NCBI GenBank assembly: GCA_047601445.1
Contig: JASGJH010000001.1
Span: 960,001 to 1,024,000, forward strand
Reading direction: 5' to 3'
Length of the DNA stretch: 64,000 nt
Source of the DNA: Myxococcales bacterium
Lineage (GTDB): Bacteria > Myxococcota_A > Polyangia > Polyangiales > DASUME01
The notes under the pieces are model-generated. The model saw nothing but the letters and a program-made list of their open reading frames with translations. It made no database searches and was not told where the DNA came from. Shown one piece after another: positions 23,864-36,435 of this stretch. Both the position numbers and the translations under genes were made by a program. The first letter of the stretch is position 1, and each line of letters opens with the position of its first letter.

Positions 23864-25198
23864 TCAGGCGCGGCCGTCGAGATCCCCGAGTACGACCTTC
23901 TTCACGGCCTCGAAGTCGTTCGGGAGCTCCACCGGCTGGTTGCGGTTCTTGGAGTCGGCGCCGGGCAAGCGTCCTTCGTGGTAGCGCACCTTGAAGTCGG
24001 TGAACTTGAGGCCGCTCGCCGTGGAGATGACCACCACGCGCTGGCCAGGCTTGATTTCCTTGCGCGCCACGAGCTTCTCCAGCGCCGCCAGCGCCACGCC
24101 GGTGTGCGGGCACGTATAGGCACCCGAGCGGTCTGCCGCCGCGGCCGCCTCCGCCAGCTCCTGCTCGCTCGCCTGCTCCACCACGCCGTCGTAGCTCTGC
24201 AGGATCTTGATGGCGCGGTGCACGCTCACGGGATTTCCGATCCGGATGGCCGAAGCTTCGGTCTCCACCGCCGTGATCGGCTTGAAGGTCTCCCAGCCGT
24301 TCTTGTAGGCGAGATAGAGCGGGTTGGCCGCTTGCGCCTGAGCCACCACGATGCGCGGCTTCTTGGTGACGAGCCCGAGCGAAAGCATCAGGTCGAAGCC
24401 CGCTCCGAGCGCGCTCACGTTGCCCAGATTGCCGCCGGGAATGACGATCCAGTCCGGCACTTGCCAGTCGAACTGCTGCGCGATCTCGATACCAACCGTC
24501 TTCTGGCCCTCGAGGCGCAGCGAGTTGAGCGAGTTCGCGAGGTAGATGCCGGGCTCCATGGCCAGCTTCTGGACGATCGCCATGCAGCCGTCGAAATCCG
24601 TATCGAGCGCGCACACGAGGGAGCCGTTGGCGAGTGGCTGGACCAGCTGGGCCGTGGAGATCTTGCCCTTGGGAAGCAACACCACCGAGCGGATGCCCGC
24701 GGCGGCGCAGTAGGCCGCCAGGGCGGCCGAGGTATCGCCGGTCGAGGCGCAGGCGATGGCCCGGATGGGCTGGCCGTCACGGATCATCTGACGCACCACA
24801 CTGACCAGGACGGTCATCCCGAGATCCTTGAAGGATCCCGTGTGGCTATTGCCGCAGAGCTTGATCCAGAGCTCCTCCAGGCCGAGGCTCTTGCCGTAGC
24901 GCTCCGCCCAGAAGAGGTTGGATCCACCCTCGTCCATGGAGACGATGTTCTCGTCCCGCAGCTCGGGCATGACCCATTCTTTCTTTCCCCAGACGCCGCT
25001 CCCGTAGGGCCACTGCGTGGTCTTGTAGCGCTGCTCGAAGAGCTTCATCCACGCGGCCGCGCTGCGGTCGCGCAGCGCTTCCACGTCGTGGCTCACCTCG
25101 AGTAAGCCCCCACATTGGGGACAATGGTAAATCACCTGGGTAACCGGCCAGCGCCCTGGGCAGCCAGCAACACAACGAAACGCAGCGGAATAGGCCAT
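23864..25198 (-). CDS. thrC: threonine synthase
   Basis: [12 protein letters not shown] lysine, [17 protein letters not shown]-terminal CxxxC/CxxC. Confidence 0.93.
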   Translation of the reverse strand: MAYSAAFRCVAGCPGRWPVTQVIYHCPQCGGLLEVSHDVEALRDRSAAAWMKLFEQRYKTTQWPYGSGVWGKKEWVMPELRDENIVSMDEGGSNLFWAERYGKSLGLEELWIKLCGNSHTGSFKDLGMTVLVSVVRQMIRDGQPIRAIACASTGDTSAALAAYCAAAGIRSVVLLPKGKISTAQLVQPLANGSLVCALDTDFDGCMAIVQKLAMEPGIYLANSLNSLRLEGQKTVGIEIAQQFDWQVPDWIVIPGGNLGNVSALGAGFDLMLSLGLVTKKPRIVVAQAQAANPLYLAYKNGWETFKPITAVETEASAIRIGNPVSVHRAIKILQSYDGVVEQASEQELAEAAAAADRSGAYTCPHTGVALAALEKLVARKEIKPGQRVVVISTASGLKFTDFKVRYHEGRLPGADSKNRNQPVELPNDFEAVKKVVLGDLDGRA

Positions 25199-25324
25199 GG
25201 CGGGCGCAAGTATAGGGGCGGGCCCCCCAGTGCGCTCGCAGCTGTCCCGATTTCCGAAATCGAACCCGTGCGAAGCCTCCATGCCCGCGTTGACCGGGCA
25301 GAGCTTCCGTGGTGACCTGCCGCT

Positions 25325-26239
25325 ATGGAGTTGGAATCCAGTGCTCACTCCGCCTCCCGTTACGGCGGCCTGCCGCGGCGGGGGAGCCGCGAGCGAACGG
25401 TCATCGACGGGGTGGTGAAGCTGGTCGAGCGGACCTACGGGGACGAAATCGACACGCGCATCCGGGCCATCAGCACCCGCAAGAACGACGCTGGGTTCGA
25501 TCCCTTCGGCTTCGACCCCGAGACCGCGCGCACCGTCCTCGCGCTGATCACCTTCCTGCACCGCACGTACTTCCGCACCCAGTGCTTCGGGCTCGAGAAC
25601 ATTCCCCGCGGCCGGGCCTTGTTCGTCGCGAACCACTCGGGCCAGGTGCCGCTCGACGGCGTGTTGATCGCCGCTGCGCTGCTGCTCGACATCGACCCCC
25701 CGGTCTTCCCGCGCAGCATGGTGGAGAAGTGGGCTCAGAAGCTGCCCTTCTTCTCGGTGCTCTTCCCACGGCTCGGTCAGGTGCTCGGCGCGCCCGAGAA
25801 CGCACGGCGACTACTCGCATCCGAACATCCTCTGCTCGTCTTCCCCGAAGGTGCGCGCGGTATCTCCAAGCCCTTCCAGCGCCGCTATCAGCTGGAGGAG
25901 TTCGGGCTCGGCTTCATGCGCTTGGCGCTCGAGGCGCGTGCGCCCATCGTGCCCGTCGCAGTGATCGGTGGCGAAGAGCAGTATCCGGCCATCGGCAATC
26001 TCAAGGGACTGGCGCGTCTGCTGGGCATGCCGGCATTCCCCGTGCTTCCCCAATTGTTGCTTGGCGTTCCATTGCCGTTGCCCACGCGCTATCGCCTGCA
26101 TTTTGGGGAACCGCTCCACTTCGAGGGCGATCCCGATGAAGACGATTCCGAGATTCAGAACCGCGTGAGTCAAGTTCGTGGCGCCGTGGATCAGTTGCTT
26201 CGCAAGGGGTTGGCGGCGCGGCAGCACGTGTTTTGGTAG
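25325..26239 (+). CDS. lysophospholipid acyltransferase (PlsC family)
   Basis: NHSG-x3-[16 protein letters not shown]. Confidence 0.88.
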   Translation: MELESSAHSASRYGGLPRRGSRERTVIDGVVKLVERTYGDEIDTRIRAISTRKNDAGFDPFGFDPETARTVLALITFLHRTYFRTQCFGLENIPRGRALFVANHSGQVPLDGVLIAAALLLDIDPPVFPRSMVEKWAQKLPFFSVLFPRLGQVLGAPENARRLLASEHPLLVFPEGARGISKPFQRRYQLEEFGLGFMRLALEARAPIVPVAVIGGEEQYPAIGNLKGLARLLGMPAFPVLPQLLLGVPLPLPTRYRLHFGEPLHFEGDPDEDDSEIQNRVSQVRGAVDQLLRKGLAARQHVFW

Positions 26240-26404
26240 GTGTCTGTTAGCTCGCTGTCCCTAGCTCTGGGGCATTGCAAGAATCAGTGTTGCGACGCTC
26301 GTGGTCGAGGCAGATTGCCACAGCGAGGCCCTATGCCTCGGGCTCGAGCAAAAACATGGTTCCCCGGACCCCTGCAATTCGTGTCAATTTGCAGCAGTGT
26401 GACG

Positions 26405-26420
26405 CGGCATGATGGTTGCA
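26405..26420 (+). promoter_or_regulatory. sigma54 (-24/-12) promoter
   Basis: CGGCATGATGGTTGCA. Confidence 0.65.
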
Positions 26421-26458
26421 GTCCGCACATCCAACTGTCTCGCAAACGGGTGGTTTAA

Positions 26459-27900
<1,442 letters not shown>

Positions 27901-27904
<4 letters not shown>

Positions 27905-28617
27905 GCGCTCCGTCCAAGCCGGAGGCCGACGGCGGCGCCGACTTGTACTTGAGGACGGAGCTCCTGGAACGGATTGCGCACGAGCTGCGCGGCCCGGCTG
28001 GCGTCACCCTGGGGGCGCTCGACGAAATCGAGCGCCTGCTGGCGCGCACCGAGGGTGAGGAGGACGCCCGCGCTCTCCTCTCGATGGCCCGCCGCGGTGC
28101 GCGGCGCGTGCTTCGGACCGCCGAACGCCTCACGCGGACGGCGCAGCTCGAGGCCGGGCTCCCGCACATGGCTTCCATCCTGCTCGATGTGCGAGAAATT
28201 GTTGCGCGGGTGGCCCGGGACACCGAGCAGCTCGAGGGGCGAAGTGCCGTGCGTGTAGAGCTGGTTACGGCGGCACAGCCCTGTGTCGCACATGTGGACT
28301 CGAACTGGCTCGGCGCCGCGCTGGGAGAGCTCTTCTCGCAGTCCATCCGTTGCGCGCGCTCCCATGTCCAAATTCAGGTGCAGAACGACGCGGGCTTCGT
28401 TCGCATCAGCGCACGTGACGATCGCGCGAACAATGTTGAGCTTCCTGATGCTCGCTTCATCCCGCTTAGGGATAGGCGAGATTGCGGACTCGGTTGGCCG
28501 CTCGCTCTCGACGTCGCGCGCGCGCACGGTGGCGAACTCGCCATTTCGGCACAGAGCAGCGGTGCTGGCGGCGCCAGCACGGGTGCCCTCGCTGTCTTGA
28601 GTTTAAAAGCCGCCTGA
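27901..28617 (+). CDS. histidine-kinase-like protein with degenerate ATPase domain
   Basis: H-box AHELRGP present; N-box reads ELFSQSIR, G1 reads ARDDR, G2 reads CGLGW. Confidence 0.7.
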
Positions 28618-28739
28618 ACCGCAGTATGGTAGTGCCGTAGAGCCGCGCTGCGTGCCGGGGGTTACGCTGACGCGACGTGTTCGAGAGACCACTGTCGCTA
28701 CGCGGCGTGCCTCCCTCGCGGAGGCCAAGGAGGCACCGA

Positions 28740-30353
28740 GTGTCGTTGCCTGTTCAGACGGCTACAGCGCTGAGACTCTTGTTGATCGACGACGACGAGA
28801 TCGATCGCGCACAGGTACGACGCAGCCTGCGTAAGGCCGCTCCGCAGATCGAGTTCGTGGTCGAGGAGGCCGAGAACCCGCAGCAGGCGGGCATCGCAGC
28901 GCGCGCGGGCGTGTTCGACTGCATCTTGCTCGACTATCTACTGCCGGGGGCGCGCGCCACGGATATCCTGCCGGCGCTGATCGGGTTGCAGCCTTCGGCG
29001 GCCATCGTGGTGCTGACCGGGCAGGGTGACGAGACCATCGCCGTGGAGCTCATGAAGGCGGGCGTCTCGGACTATTTGCCGAAAGACGGTCTGGATCCCG
29101 AACGGCTGTGGACCGCCGTCAAGTACGCGGTCGCGCTGGCCAAGGTTCGCCGCGACACCGCGCATTTCGAGAACGCGCGTCGCCGGCAGGCGGCGCAGCA
29201 GCGGGCGCTGGTGGAGGCGGCTCCTTCCATTTCGGGCGTGCTCTCGCTCGAGGAGCTGGCGCGGGTCTCGGCCGAGAAGGCGCGCGATGTGCTCGGCGTG
29301 GCCGACTGCTTCGTCATGCTGAGGGAGCGCGAAGCGGAGGCCATGAGCTTGTCCACCTCCGGGCGACGCATCCCGCTCCAGGAAGCGCCCGCGTGGGCCA
29401 AGCTCTGTCGCGCCGAGGGGTTCGACCGCGAGCCACGCCTGGTGACCGTGGCGGGCGGCCCCATGAACGTCATCGGCATCGGACTGATCACCCGGGACGG
29501 CACGTCGGTGGGGGCCATCGTGGCGCTGGCACCCCACGAGGAGACCGAGATCGAGGCCTGCGAGCAGGTCCTGGCCCAGCTCGCGCAAATCGTCCTGGTG
29601 GCGCTCGAGAATGCGCGCCTCTTGCGCGAGACACAGGCTGCCGTGAGAGCGCGCGACGAGGTGCTCGCCGTGGTGAGCCACGACCTGCGCACTCCCTTGA
29701 GCAACGTGAAGCTCGGCGTCGCCCTACTGCGCCAACACATGGTCGAGCGTGACGCCACGTTGTTCGAGCGAATCGAGCGCAACGTGCATCACATGACGCA
29801 TCTGGTGGACGACTTGGTGGACCTGGCGCGCATCGAGGGCAGCAAGCTCGACGTGAACGCGCACGGCGAGTCCGTCCAGGACATCCTGCAGGCGGCCTGC
29901 GCGTTGGCCCACCCAGCGGCCGACGTGGGGCAGGTCGAGCTGGTGAGCGAAGGCTCGCCGCTCGGGCTGCGCGTGCGGGCCGATCGCCATCGGACGCTGC
30001 AGGTGCTGAGCAACCTGTTGGGTAATGCCATCAAGTTCACGCCGCGCGGCGGGCGGGTGCGTCTGTTCGTGGAGGAGCGCCCCGGGGAGGTCTGCTTCCA
30101 CGTGGAGGACTCCGGACGCGGCATTTCGGAGGCCGAGGCGCCCCACGTATTCGCGCGTTTCTTTCGGGCGCCCAGTGCGCGCAAGGGAGGCCTGGGCCTG
30201 GGCCTCTACATCGCGAAGGCCGTCGTGGACGCCCATGGCGGCTCCATCTGGTTCTGCAGTGAGCCCGGCAAGGGCACGACGTTTTCGTTCACACTGCCGG
30301 CGGATTTCAACGCTCTCGATGCAGGCACGGTTCTTGAGTCAGCAGGGCCTTAA
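28740..30353 (+). CDS. hybrid sensor kinase (REC-GAF-HisKA-HATPase)
   Basis: AAGGAGG RBS before GTG 28740; LIDDD/LDYLLP receiver; SHDLRTPL, NLLGNAIKF, DSGRG, GLGLGL. Confidence 0.9.
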   Translation: MSLPVQTATALRLLLIDDDEIDRAQVRRSLRKAAPQIEFVVEEAENPQQAGIAARAGVFDCILLDYLLPGARATDILPALIGLQPSAAIVVLTGQGDETIAVELMKAGVSDYLPKDGLDPERLWTAVKYAVALAKVRRDTAHFENARRRQAAQQRALVEAAPSISGVLSLEELARVSAEKARDVLGVADCFVMLREREAEAMSLSTSGRRIPLQEAPAWAKLCRAEGFDREPRLVTVAGGPMNVIGIGLITRDGTSVGAIVALAPHEETEIEACEQVLAQLAQIVLVALENARLLRETQAAVRARDEVLAVVSHDLRTPLSNVKLGVALLRQHMVERDATLFERIERNVHHMTHLVDDLVDLARIEGSKLDVNAHGESVQDILQAACALAHPAADVGQVELVSEGSPLGLRVRADRHRTLQVLSNLLGNAIKFTPRGGRVRLFVEERPGEVCFHVEDSGRGISEAEAPHVFARFFRAPSARKGGLGLGLYIAKAVVDAHGGSIWFCSEPGKGTTFSFTLPADFNALDAGTVLESAGP

Positions 30354-30358
30354 CCGCC

Positions 30359-30793
30359 ATGATCAAGACCCGCGACCGAGCGCCGAACCCCCTGGGTGGA
30401 TCATCGTCAGCAACCAATGTCACCAGCGCCCTGCTGGCGGACGACGACGAGGACTCGCGCAGATTGATTGCAGGAATCCTCCGACGGGCGGGCTTCGAAG
30501 TCATCGAAGCGAGCGATGGACAGGAGCTGATCGACCGCTACTCGGCGCTTCGGGCGGAGCGAGCCGAGGAGCCGGCGGTGGTGGTCTCCGACATCGGCAT
30601 GCCTGGATGTGACGGCATTTCCGCCACGCAGGTGCTGCGAAGCAACTCCTTGGTGCCAATTGTGTTGATCACGGCGTTCGAGGACGCAGAAACTTTGCAG
30701 TCGGCACGCTCGGCCGGAGCCGACTTGGTTCTGTTCAAGCCTGTCGACGGCGCTTCGCTGGTGAATGCCGTGCGAAGCGTGGCGAGACAGTAA
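30359..30793 (+). CDS. single-domain response regulator
   Basis: ADDD, SDIGMP, ITA, KP. Confidence 0.88.
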   Translation: MIKTRDRAPNPLGGSSSATNVTSALLADDDEDSRRLIAGILRRAGFEVIEASDGQELIDRYSALRAERAEEPAVVVSDIGMPGCDGISATQVLRSNSLVPIVLITAFEDAETLQSARSAGADLVLFKPVDGASLVNAVRSVARQ

Positions 30794-30812
30794 GCGTCCC
30801 ATACTTGGGGGT

Positions 30813-30828
30813 TGGCACGCGCACTGCA
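30813..30828 (+). promoter_or_regulatory. sigma54 (-24/-12) promoter
   Basis: TGGCACGCGCACTGCA. Confidence 0.72.
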
Positions 30829-30920
30829 GTTCATCGAGGTTCCATGGCGCAGCCGGTTGACCTGGTCTGCGCTGCCGCGAAGCGCGTCACACGCGCGCGA
30901 GCCTAAAAAGGAGTCTCAGG

Positions 30921-31538
30921 ATGACGACCAAGATCACGCGCCCCCTTCTGATCGTCGGCGCTCTCTGCGCGGGGCTACTCGGCTGCAAGGACCGCAAAGA
31001 CGAGCCGAGCATCTACGAATCCACCAAAGACTCCATGAAGTCGGCCGCCGAGACCCTGGAGAACAAGGCCGATAGCCTCAGCAAGGAAGCCGAGGAGCAG
31101 GCGGCCCGCGCCCGCGAAGAGGCCGACAAGGCCGCGCACAAGGCGGGGCAGGTGGTGGACGAGGCCAAGGGCGACATCAAGGAAGCCGCCAAGTCCGCCG
31201 AAAATAAGGCGGACGATGCCGTGGAGGGCGCCGAGGACAAGCTCGACAAAACCGGCCAGAAGATGGAACAGGGTGCCGAAAGCGCCAAGGCCAAGCTAGA
31301 CCAGGCCGGTGAAGACGCCGAGCGGGCCGCGGCCGACACCAAGGCGCGCGCCGAGGCGGCCAAGAAGAAGATCGAAGAGAGTGCCGCCGAAGGCGAGAAG
31401 AAAATCGAAGAGTCCGCCGAGCGCGCAGAGAAACAACTCGACGATGTGGAGAAGCAAGCGGATGACGCCATCAATGAGGCCGAGCGCGAGCGCCAAGAGC
31501 GCGCCGCCGAACGAGCCAAGAAGAGCGCCGGTAAATAA
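30921..31538 (+). CDS. LEA/apolipoprotein-like helical lipoprotein
   Basis: AAGGAG RBS; lipobox LLG-C; A/E/K/D-rich with ~11-residue periodicity (KKIEESA repeated). Confidence 0.8.
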   Translation: MTTKITRPLLIVGALCAGLLGCKDRKDEPSIYESTKDSMKSAAETLENKADSLSKEAEEQAARAREEADKAAHKAGQVVDEAKGDIKEAAKSAENKADDAVEGAEDKLDKTGQKMEQGAESAKAKLDQAGEDAERAAADTKARAEAAKKKIEESAAEGEKKIEESAERAEKQLDDVEKQADDAINEAERERQERAAERAKKSAGK

Positions 31539-31595
31539 GCCGCTGCCTCGCTTCGGTTTTGCAGTGCACCCGCGGTACCCCGTGGGTGCATTGCC

Positions 31596-33518
31596 ATGTC
31601 GGTGAGGGCCCGTCAGTCGCTGCGCGTTCGCAGAGTCGTCCCGTGGGCCGTGCTCGGCTTGGCGCTGGTCGTGTCCCTGGCCACCGCGAGCTTGCTCTTG
31701 ATCCGCTTCGGCGAGACGGCCAGCGCCACCGGCATGTCCGTGCTGGCGCCCCTGATCGCCGCGCTCGGATTGGTGACGGGCGGCCTGGTCGTGGCCCTGA
31801 CGCGGACCCAAATCAACGTGCGCAAGGAGCGGCGCGATGGCGTCCTGGCGCTGCAGCGTGGGGAGGCCCTGCGGGCGCAGCTCGAACAGCAGGGCAGGAC
31901 GGCCCGCAAGGAAGCGCAGGAGCGCCTGGCGCTGATCGACGCACTCTTCCGGGCTACCCCCGCCGGGCTTGCGCTGTTCGATCGCGAGCTGAACTACGTG
32001 CGCGTCAACCAGGGCCTCTCGGATATTCACGGCCTGCCCGCGGGGGCCCACCTGGGCAAGCGCCTGCGCGAGCTCCTGCCCGGACTGGCGCCCGGCGTGG
32101 AGAAGACACTGCAGGACGTGCTGAGTTCGGGCGAGGCTCGCACCATCGAGCTCTCCGGACGCACGGCATCGTCGGGCACGACGCGTACCTGGCTCGTGAA
32201 CTGCGCGCCGGTTCGAGACGCCGACACGGACGTGGTCGGCGTGGCCGAGGTCGTGATGGACATCACGGAGCGCAAGCAGGCCGAGCACGAGACCCGCAAG
32301 CTCGTGGAGGCGCTGCGGGCGGAGCGTGAGGTGTTCGACGTGGTTCACCGCGTGGGCCAGCGCCTGGCCGCGGAGCTCAACGTGGGGCGCTTGGCGCAAG
32401 CGCTGGCCGACGCAGCTGCCCAACTGAGCAGCGCCGAGGTCTCCATCTTCGTGTACGCGTCGCAGGCCGGCGCCGCCCCGGCCGACTGCGCGCTCGCAGG
32501 CAGCGAAGCCAAAACGCTCACCGGGCTGAACGCCGAAGCGTTGCTAAAAGTGTTGGCCAGCGTTACCAGCCCTGTCCGGCTCACCGGATTACGCCCCGCC
32601 GAGCGCCCCGAGTTCGCCACCCAGCTAGCGGAGGCCCTCGCCAGCAGTGTGAAGTTCAAGAGCTTGATCGCGCTCCCCATCGTGCACCTGCGCGGCGCCA
32701 CCAATGCCGCGCTGCTGGTCGGGCACCGTCAGCCCGCCATCTTCACCGAGCGCGATCAGAGCGTCCTGGCCGGCCTCTCCACGCAGGCCGCCATCGCCCT
32801 CGAGAATGCGCGTCTCTACGGCGAAGCCGAGGGGCTGATCCGCGCGCTGGCCCAGAGTAACCGTGAGCTCGACCAGTTCGCTTACGTAGCGAGTCACGAC
32901 TTGAAGGCTCCCCTGCGCGGCATCGCGAACATCGCCAACTGGCTCGAGGAGGATCTCGGCGAGGCCTTGCCCAAGCGCTCGCGCGAGCACCTGTTGCTGC
33001 TGCGCAACCGCGTCTCGCGCCTCGAGAACATGATCGGGGGTATCTTGCGCTATTCGCGCGCGGGACGCCGAGAGGTGGCGCGCGAGCGCGTGCCCGTGGG
33101 CGAGCTCGTGAACGAGGTGGTCACGCTGCTGGCGCCGCACGAGCAGGCCACGGTGAAGGTGGCAGGTGAGCTGCCGATTTTGCACACCGAGCGCGTGCCA
33201 CTGCAGCAGGTGTTCATGAACTTGATCGGCAACGCTCTCAAGTACGCCAAGCGTCCCGACGTCGTGGTGGAGGTCGGCTGTCGCGAAGTGGACGGCAAGC
33301 TCGAATTCTCCGTGCGCGACAACGGTCCTGGCATCGAGCCCGACGACCAACCGCACATCTGGGAGTTGTTCCAGGCGCGCTCGGCCGATAGTCAGAGTAG
33401 CGGCATCGGTCTGGCGGTGGTGCGCAAGACCGTGGAAGCCCGCGGCGGCCGAGCCTGGGTGGACTCCAAGCCCGGCCAGGGCTCCACGTTCTACTTCACC
33501 TGGTCCGTGGATGCCTGA
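31596..33518 (+). CDS. membrane sensor histidine kinase (TM-PAS-GAF-HisKA-HATPase)
   Basis: Two TM helices, PAS ending DITERK, FAYVASHDLKAPL, NLIGNALKY, DNGPG, GIGL. Confidence 0.9.
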   Translation: MSVRARQSLRVRRVVPWAVLGLALVVSLATASLLLIRFGETASATGMSVLAPLIAALGLVTGGLVVALTRTQINVRKERRDGVLALQRGEALRAQLEQQGRTARKEAQERLALIDALFRATPAGLALFDRELNYVRVNQGLSDIHGLPAGAHLGKRLRELLPGLAPGVEKTLQDVLSSGEARTIELSGRTASSGTTRTWLVNCAPVRDADTDVVGVAEVVMDITERKQAEHETRKLVEALRAEREVFDVVHRVGQRLAAELNVGRLAQALADAAAQLSSAEVSIFVYASQAGAAPADCALAGSEAKTLTGLNAEALLKVLASVTSPVRLTGLRPAERPEFATQLAEALASSVKFKSLIALPIVHLRGATNAALLVGHRQPAIFTERDQSVLAGLSTQAAIALENARLYGEAEGLIRALAQSNRELDQFAYVASHDLKAPLRGIANIANWLEEDLGEALPKRSREHLLLLRNRVSRLENMIGGILRYSRAGRREVARERVPVGELVNEVVTLLAPHEQATVKVAGELPILHTERVPLQQVFMNLIGNALKYAKRPDVVVEVGCREVDGKLEFSVRDNGPGIEPDDQPHIWELFQARSADSQSSGIGLAVVRKTVEARGGRAWVDSKPGQGSTFYFTWSVDA

Positions 33519-33527
33519 GGCCGCCGC

Positions 33528-33842
33528 TCAAGGAACGATGCCCACGCACTCGTCGAGGCAGTGAAAGGTCTTCTCGGTACAGGAGTCGTCGTCGCTCACG
33601 CAATCGGCGCAGTGATCGACTTTGCTCTCCCACTTGTCGTCTTCGAGCGCTTTGTCCACGCAGCTGTCGCGGCAGTCGTCGAGGTCGGTGTCGTCGTCGA
33701 TGCAGGTGTGGTAGGCGTCGCAGATGCCGCGGCAATCGAGGCGGTTGTCCACGCGGTCGACCGCGCCGTCATCACAACCAAAGGCGGTAGCGGCGAGCGC
33801 GAAGGTGAGCGCGCAGAGGCTAGTGCGAGACAAATAGCTCAT
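33528..33842 (-). CDS. small acidic Cys-rich lipoprotein
   Basis: AGGAGAGG RBS; lipobox AFG-C; ten further Cys, mostly in CxxxC/CxxC pairs. Confidence 0.78.
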   Translation of the reverse strand: MSYLSRTSLCALTFALAATAFGCDDGAVDRVDNRLDCRGICDAYHTCIDDDTDLDDCRDSCVDKALEDDKWESKVDHCADCVSDDDSCTEKTFHCLDECVGIVP

Positions 33843-33894
33843 GGGTCCTCTCCTTGGGCGGTCAGCTGAACCGACCGCATTTGGAGAGGAGCAC

Positions 33895-33910
33895 TGCAAC
33901 GCACATGCCG
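33895..33910 (-). promoter_or_regulatory. sigma54 (-24/-12) promoter
   Basis: Minus strand CGGCATGTGCGTTGCA. Confidence 0.65.
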
Positions 33911-34049
33911 TAACGAGGACGCACTTCGAGCGAAGTTTTCCGCACGATCCAGCGGGTTTTTAGGGCACAAAACGGCGACTGCGCCTCAACGGGGCAATCA
34001 GCATCACCCCGCGGGCGCAGCCGCCGTGCTCGGATCCAGCGCGTGCGTG

Positions 34050-34313
34050 TCAGTGGCGCATGAGGCCGCGTCGGTGCGCGATGGCTTGATAGCCGAAGGT
34101 CAAGAGGATGGCGCCAGCGAGGGCCATCAAGAACCCAGCCGACTCTCCTTCGCGGTACATGCCGAGAGCACGCCCGACCATCGCTCCGACGAAGGAGCCG
34201 AGGACGCCGATGATCATCGACACCACCCAGCCCCCGGGCTCGCGGCCCGGGACGATCAGGCGAGCGAGGGCGCCGACGCCCAAGCCAAACAGCAAAAATA
34301 GAATGAGACTCAT
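34050..34313 (-). CDS. GlsB/YeaQ/YmgE family stress-response membrane protein
   Basis: GLGVGALARLIVPG...IIGVLGSFVG...GAILL; GGAGG RBS. Confidence 0.9.
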   Translation of the reverse strand: MSLILFLLFGLGVGALARLIVPGREPGGWVVSMIIGVLGSFVGAMVGRALGMYREGESAGFLMALAGAILLTFGYQAIAHRRGLMRH

Positions 34314-34363
34314 TGCGATCCCTCCTGGAGTTGAATGCTTGTGAGCGAGTCTGCGTAGGGGAC

Positions 34364-34379
34364 AGCAAGACTCGGACCA
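34364..34379 (-). promoter_or_regulatory. sigma54 (-24/-12) promoter
   Basis: Minus strand TGGTCCGAGTCTTGCT. Confidence 0.62.
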
Positions 34380-34503
34380 CGTGCCGGCGCGTGCGCAGAT
34401 CGAAACGTCGGCCCCCCTCCAGGCCAGCGTTGCCCCCACGACCGCAAGGAAACACCAGGCGTGCACGAGAGCGCACTTGCCCTGCGCGAGATGTGCTTTC
34501 ACC

Positions 34504-35430
34504 ATGGCGGGCATGGCGGTCTTGATCACGGGGATTTGCGGCAGGCTCGGGCGCCTGGTGGCGCGCTCACTCCATCGCCACCGAGAGGTCATCGGCATCG
34601 ATCGCCGCGAGTTCGTCGGGCGACCCAAGGACGTCATCCATCACCGCGTGGACATTCGCCGCAAGAAGACGCGCGACGTCATCCGCGCCGGCGGTGTGGA
34701 CACCTTGATCCACCTGGGCACCATGCACGATCCCCGCGAGAGCGACGAGGAGCGACACTCGTGGAACGTGGCGGGCTTCCAGCATCTGCTCGAGTACGCG
34801 GCCAAGTACGGCATCAAGAAGGTGGTGGTGCTCTCCAGCGCCAACGTCTACGGACCGAACCCGGACAACCCGCAGTTCCTCAGCGAAGACGCCCCGCTCC
34901 TGGGGGCCCAGCGCTTCAGCGCCATCCGCGATCTGATGGAGGTCGATATGCTGGCGCAGAACTTCCTGTGGCGGCATCCGGAGATCGACACTGTGGTGCT
35001 CCGCCCGTGCCACATCCTGGGGCGCGTCCGTAATGCCCCCAGCAACTATCTCCGCTCCGAGCATCCCATCATGATCCTCGGCTTCGACCCGATGGTGCAG
35101 GTGGTGCACGAGCGCGACGTCCTGCGCGCCATCGAGCTGGCCCTCGAGCCAAACCGACGCGGCATCTACAACATCCGCGGCCCAGGCGAGCTGCCGCTCT
35201 CGCGGGCCTTTCAGATGATCGGCAAGCAGCCCGTGTTCTGGCCCGCCAGCGTGGCCAAGCGGGCGCTCAACGGGCTGTGGCGCTCGGGCATCACCAACTT
35301 CCCGGCCCCCGAGCTCGACCACGTTCGCTACGTGTGCATGGTCGACGACAGCCGCGCCCGCAGCGGCCTGGACTACGCGCACCAATACGATATCCAGCAG
35401 ACGCTGGAGGCCGTGTTCGAAGAGTGGTGA
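34504..35430 (+). CDS. NAD-dependent epimerase/dehydratase (extended SDR)
   Basis: VLITGICGRLG Rossmann motif, SSANVYG; canonical YxxxK not evident. Confidence 0.85.
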   Translation: MAGMAVLITGICGRLGRLVARSLHRHREVIGIDRREFVGRPKDVIHHRVDIRRKKTRDVIRAGGVDTLIHLGTMHDPRESDEERHSWNVAGFQHLLEYAAKYGIKKVVVLSSANVYGPNPDNPQFLSEDAPLLGAQRFSAIRDLMEVDMLAQNFLWRHPEIDTVVLRPCHILGRVRNAPSNYLRSEHPIMILGFDPMVQVVHERDVLRAIELALEPNRRGIYNIRGPGELPLSRAFQMIGKQPVFWPASVAKRALNGLWRSGITNFPAPELDHVRYVCMVDDSRARSGLDYAHQYDIQQTLEAVFEEW

Positions 35431-35439
35431 GGCTCAGCC

Positions 35440-36219
35440 TCAGAGCCAGTATTCGGCGCCTTCGAGCGGAGTATGGTCGTGGCGGGTCGGACGGCCCACC
35501 ATGCGCGGCATCGGATCCTTGGGGCGGCCCCGCACGTGCCACTCGAAGTGGAGATGGGGCCCGCGCGTGATGCCGGTGACCCCGACCTCGCCGATGACCT
35601 GTCCACGCCGGACCTGCTGACCGGCGAACACGTAGTTCGAGCGCTGGTGGCAGTACGTGCTCATCGAGCCGTCCTTGTGCACCAGCATGACCATGTTGCC
35701 GTAGCCGTTCACGCCGTTGTCGGAGTAGGCGACGATTGCGTCGTTCACCGCGCGGACCAGCTCGCCCACGGGGGCGCCGATGTCCACGCCGTCGTGGCGC
35801 TTGTTGCGGCGCTGCTTGCGCACGTAGCCGAAGCCGCGGCCAAAGTGGCCGTTCTCCACGGGCCAGAGCAGCGTGGGCTTGGCCTGACCGGAGACGGCGT
35901 CGATCCACTCGGGCTTGGGGGCCTGGCCGAGCAGGTGCTGGGCCGTGCGCTGGTCGCCGAGGCCGAGGTCCGTGGCCACGTAGGCTTCTTCGCCGTAGGG
36001 CTCGGGGGTGCGACGAGGGCCGTCGCACATCTTCCATTTCGTGCCGTGGAAGTTCCGGCACTTGTTGGTCTCACGGGTGTTGGGAGCCCATGCGGTTGGC
36101 AGCGGGGTCTTCAGGGTCGGCTCGCGGTCGCTCGCCGAGACACCGACATCGGTTAGTACGCCCACACCTAGGATCGCTGCACATGCGATGAGGAAGCGGC
36201 CTACTACCGTGCGGTTCAT
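35440..36219 (-). CDS. M23 family metallopeptidase (exported)
   Basis: HDGVD, YCH, GPHLHFE; signal peptide; GGGAGG RBS. Confidence 0.9.
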   Translation of the reverse strand: MNRTVVGRFLIACAAILGVGVLTDVGVSASDREPTLKTPLPTAWAPNTRETNKCRNFHGTKWKMCDGPRRTPEPYGEEAYVATDLGLGDQRTAQHLLGQAPKPEWIDAVSGQAKPTLLWPVENGHFGRGFGYVRKQRRNKRHDGVDIGAPVGELVRAVNDAIVAYSDNGVNGYGNMVMLVHKDGSMSTYCHQRSNYVFAGQQVRRGQVIGEVGVTGITRGPHLHFEWHVRGRPKDPMPRMVGRPTRHDHTPLEGAEYWL

Positions 36220-36435
36220 GAACCCTCCCAGACAACGGAGAACCCATCGAGGCTTGCACGTGCGGTGTCGGGAAGAAAAGCAAAACCGGCGTTTGTTATG
36301 GAAAATTCATGGCCTGCTGTACGTCCGTTGTTGGGGGCGTGCGGACGTGTGCGAGGCCATGAGACACCCGAGTCTTCTCGAGCTTTGACGGGCAATCTCC
36401 GGGAATTACGTGTTTCCGTGGCCGGGCAGGGCGTC

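Noticed and set aside
36220..36435. Relatively AT-rich intergenic region as ncRNA or riboswitch
   Set aside because: No recognisable 6S, tmRNA, RNase P or riboswitch consensus; more likely the M23 gene promoter region. An Rfam/Infernal search would settle it.
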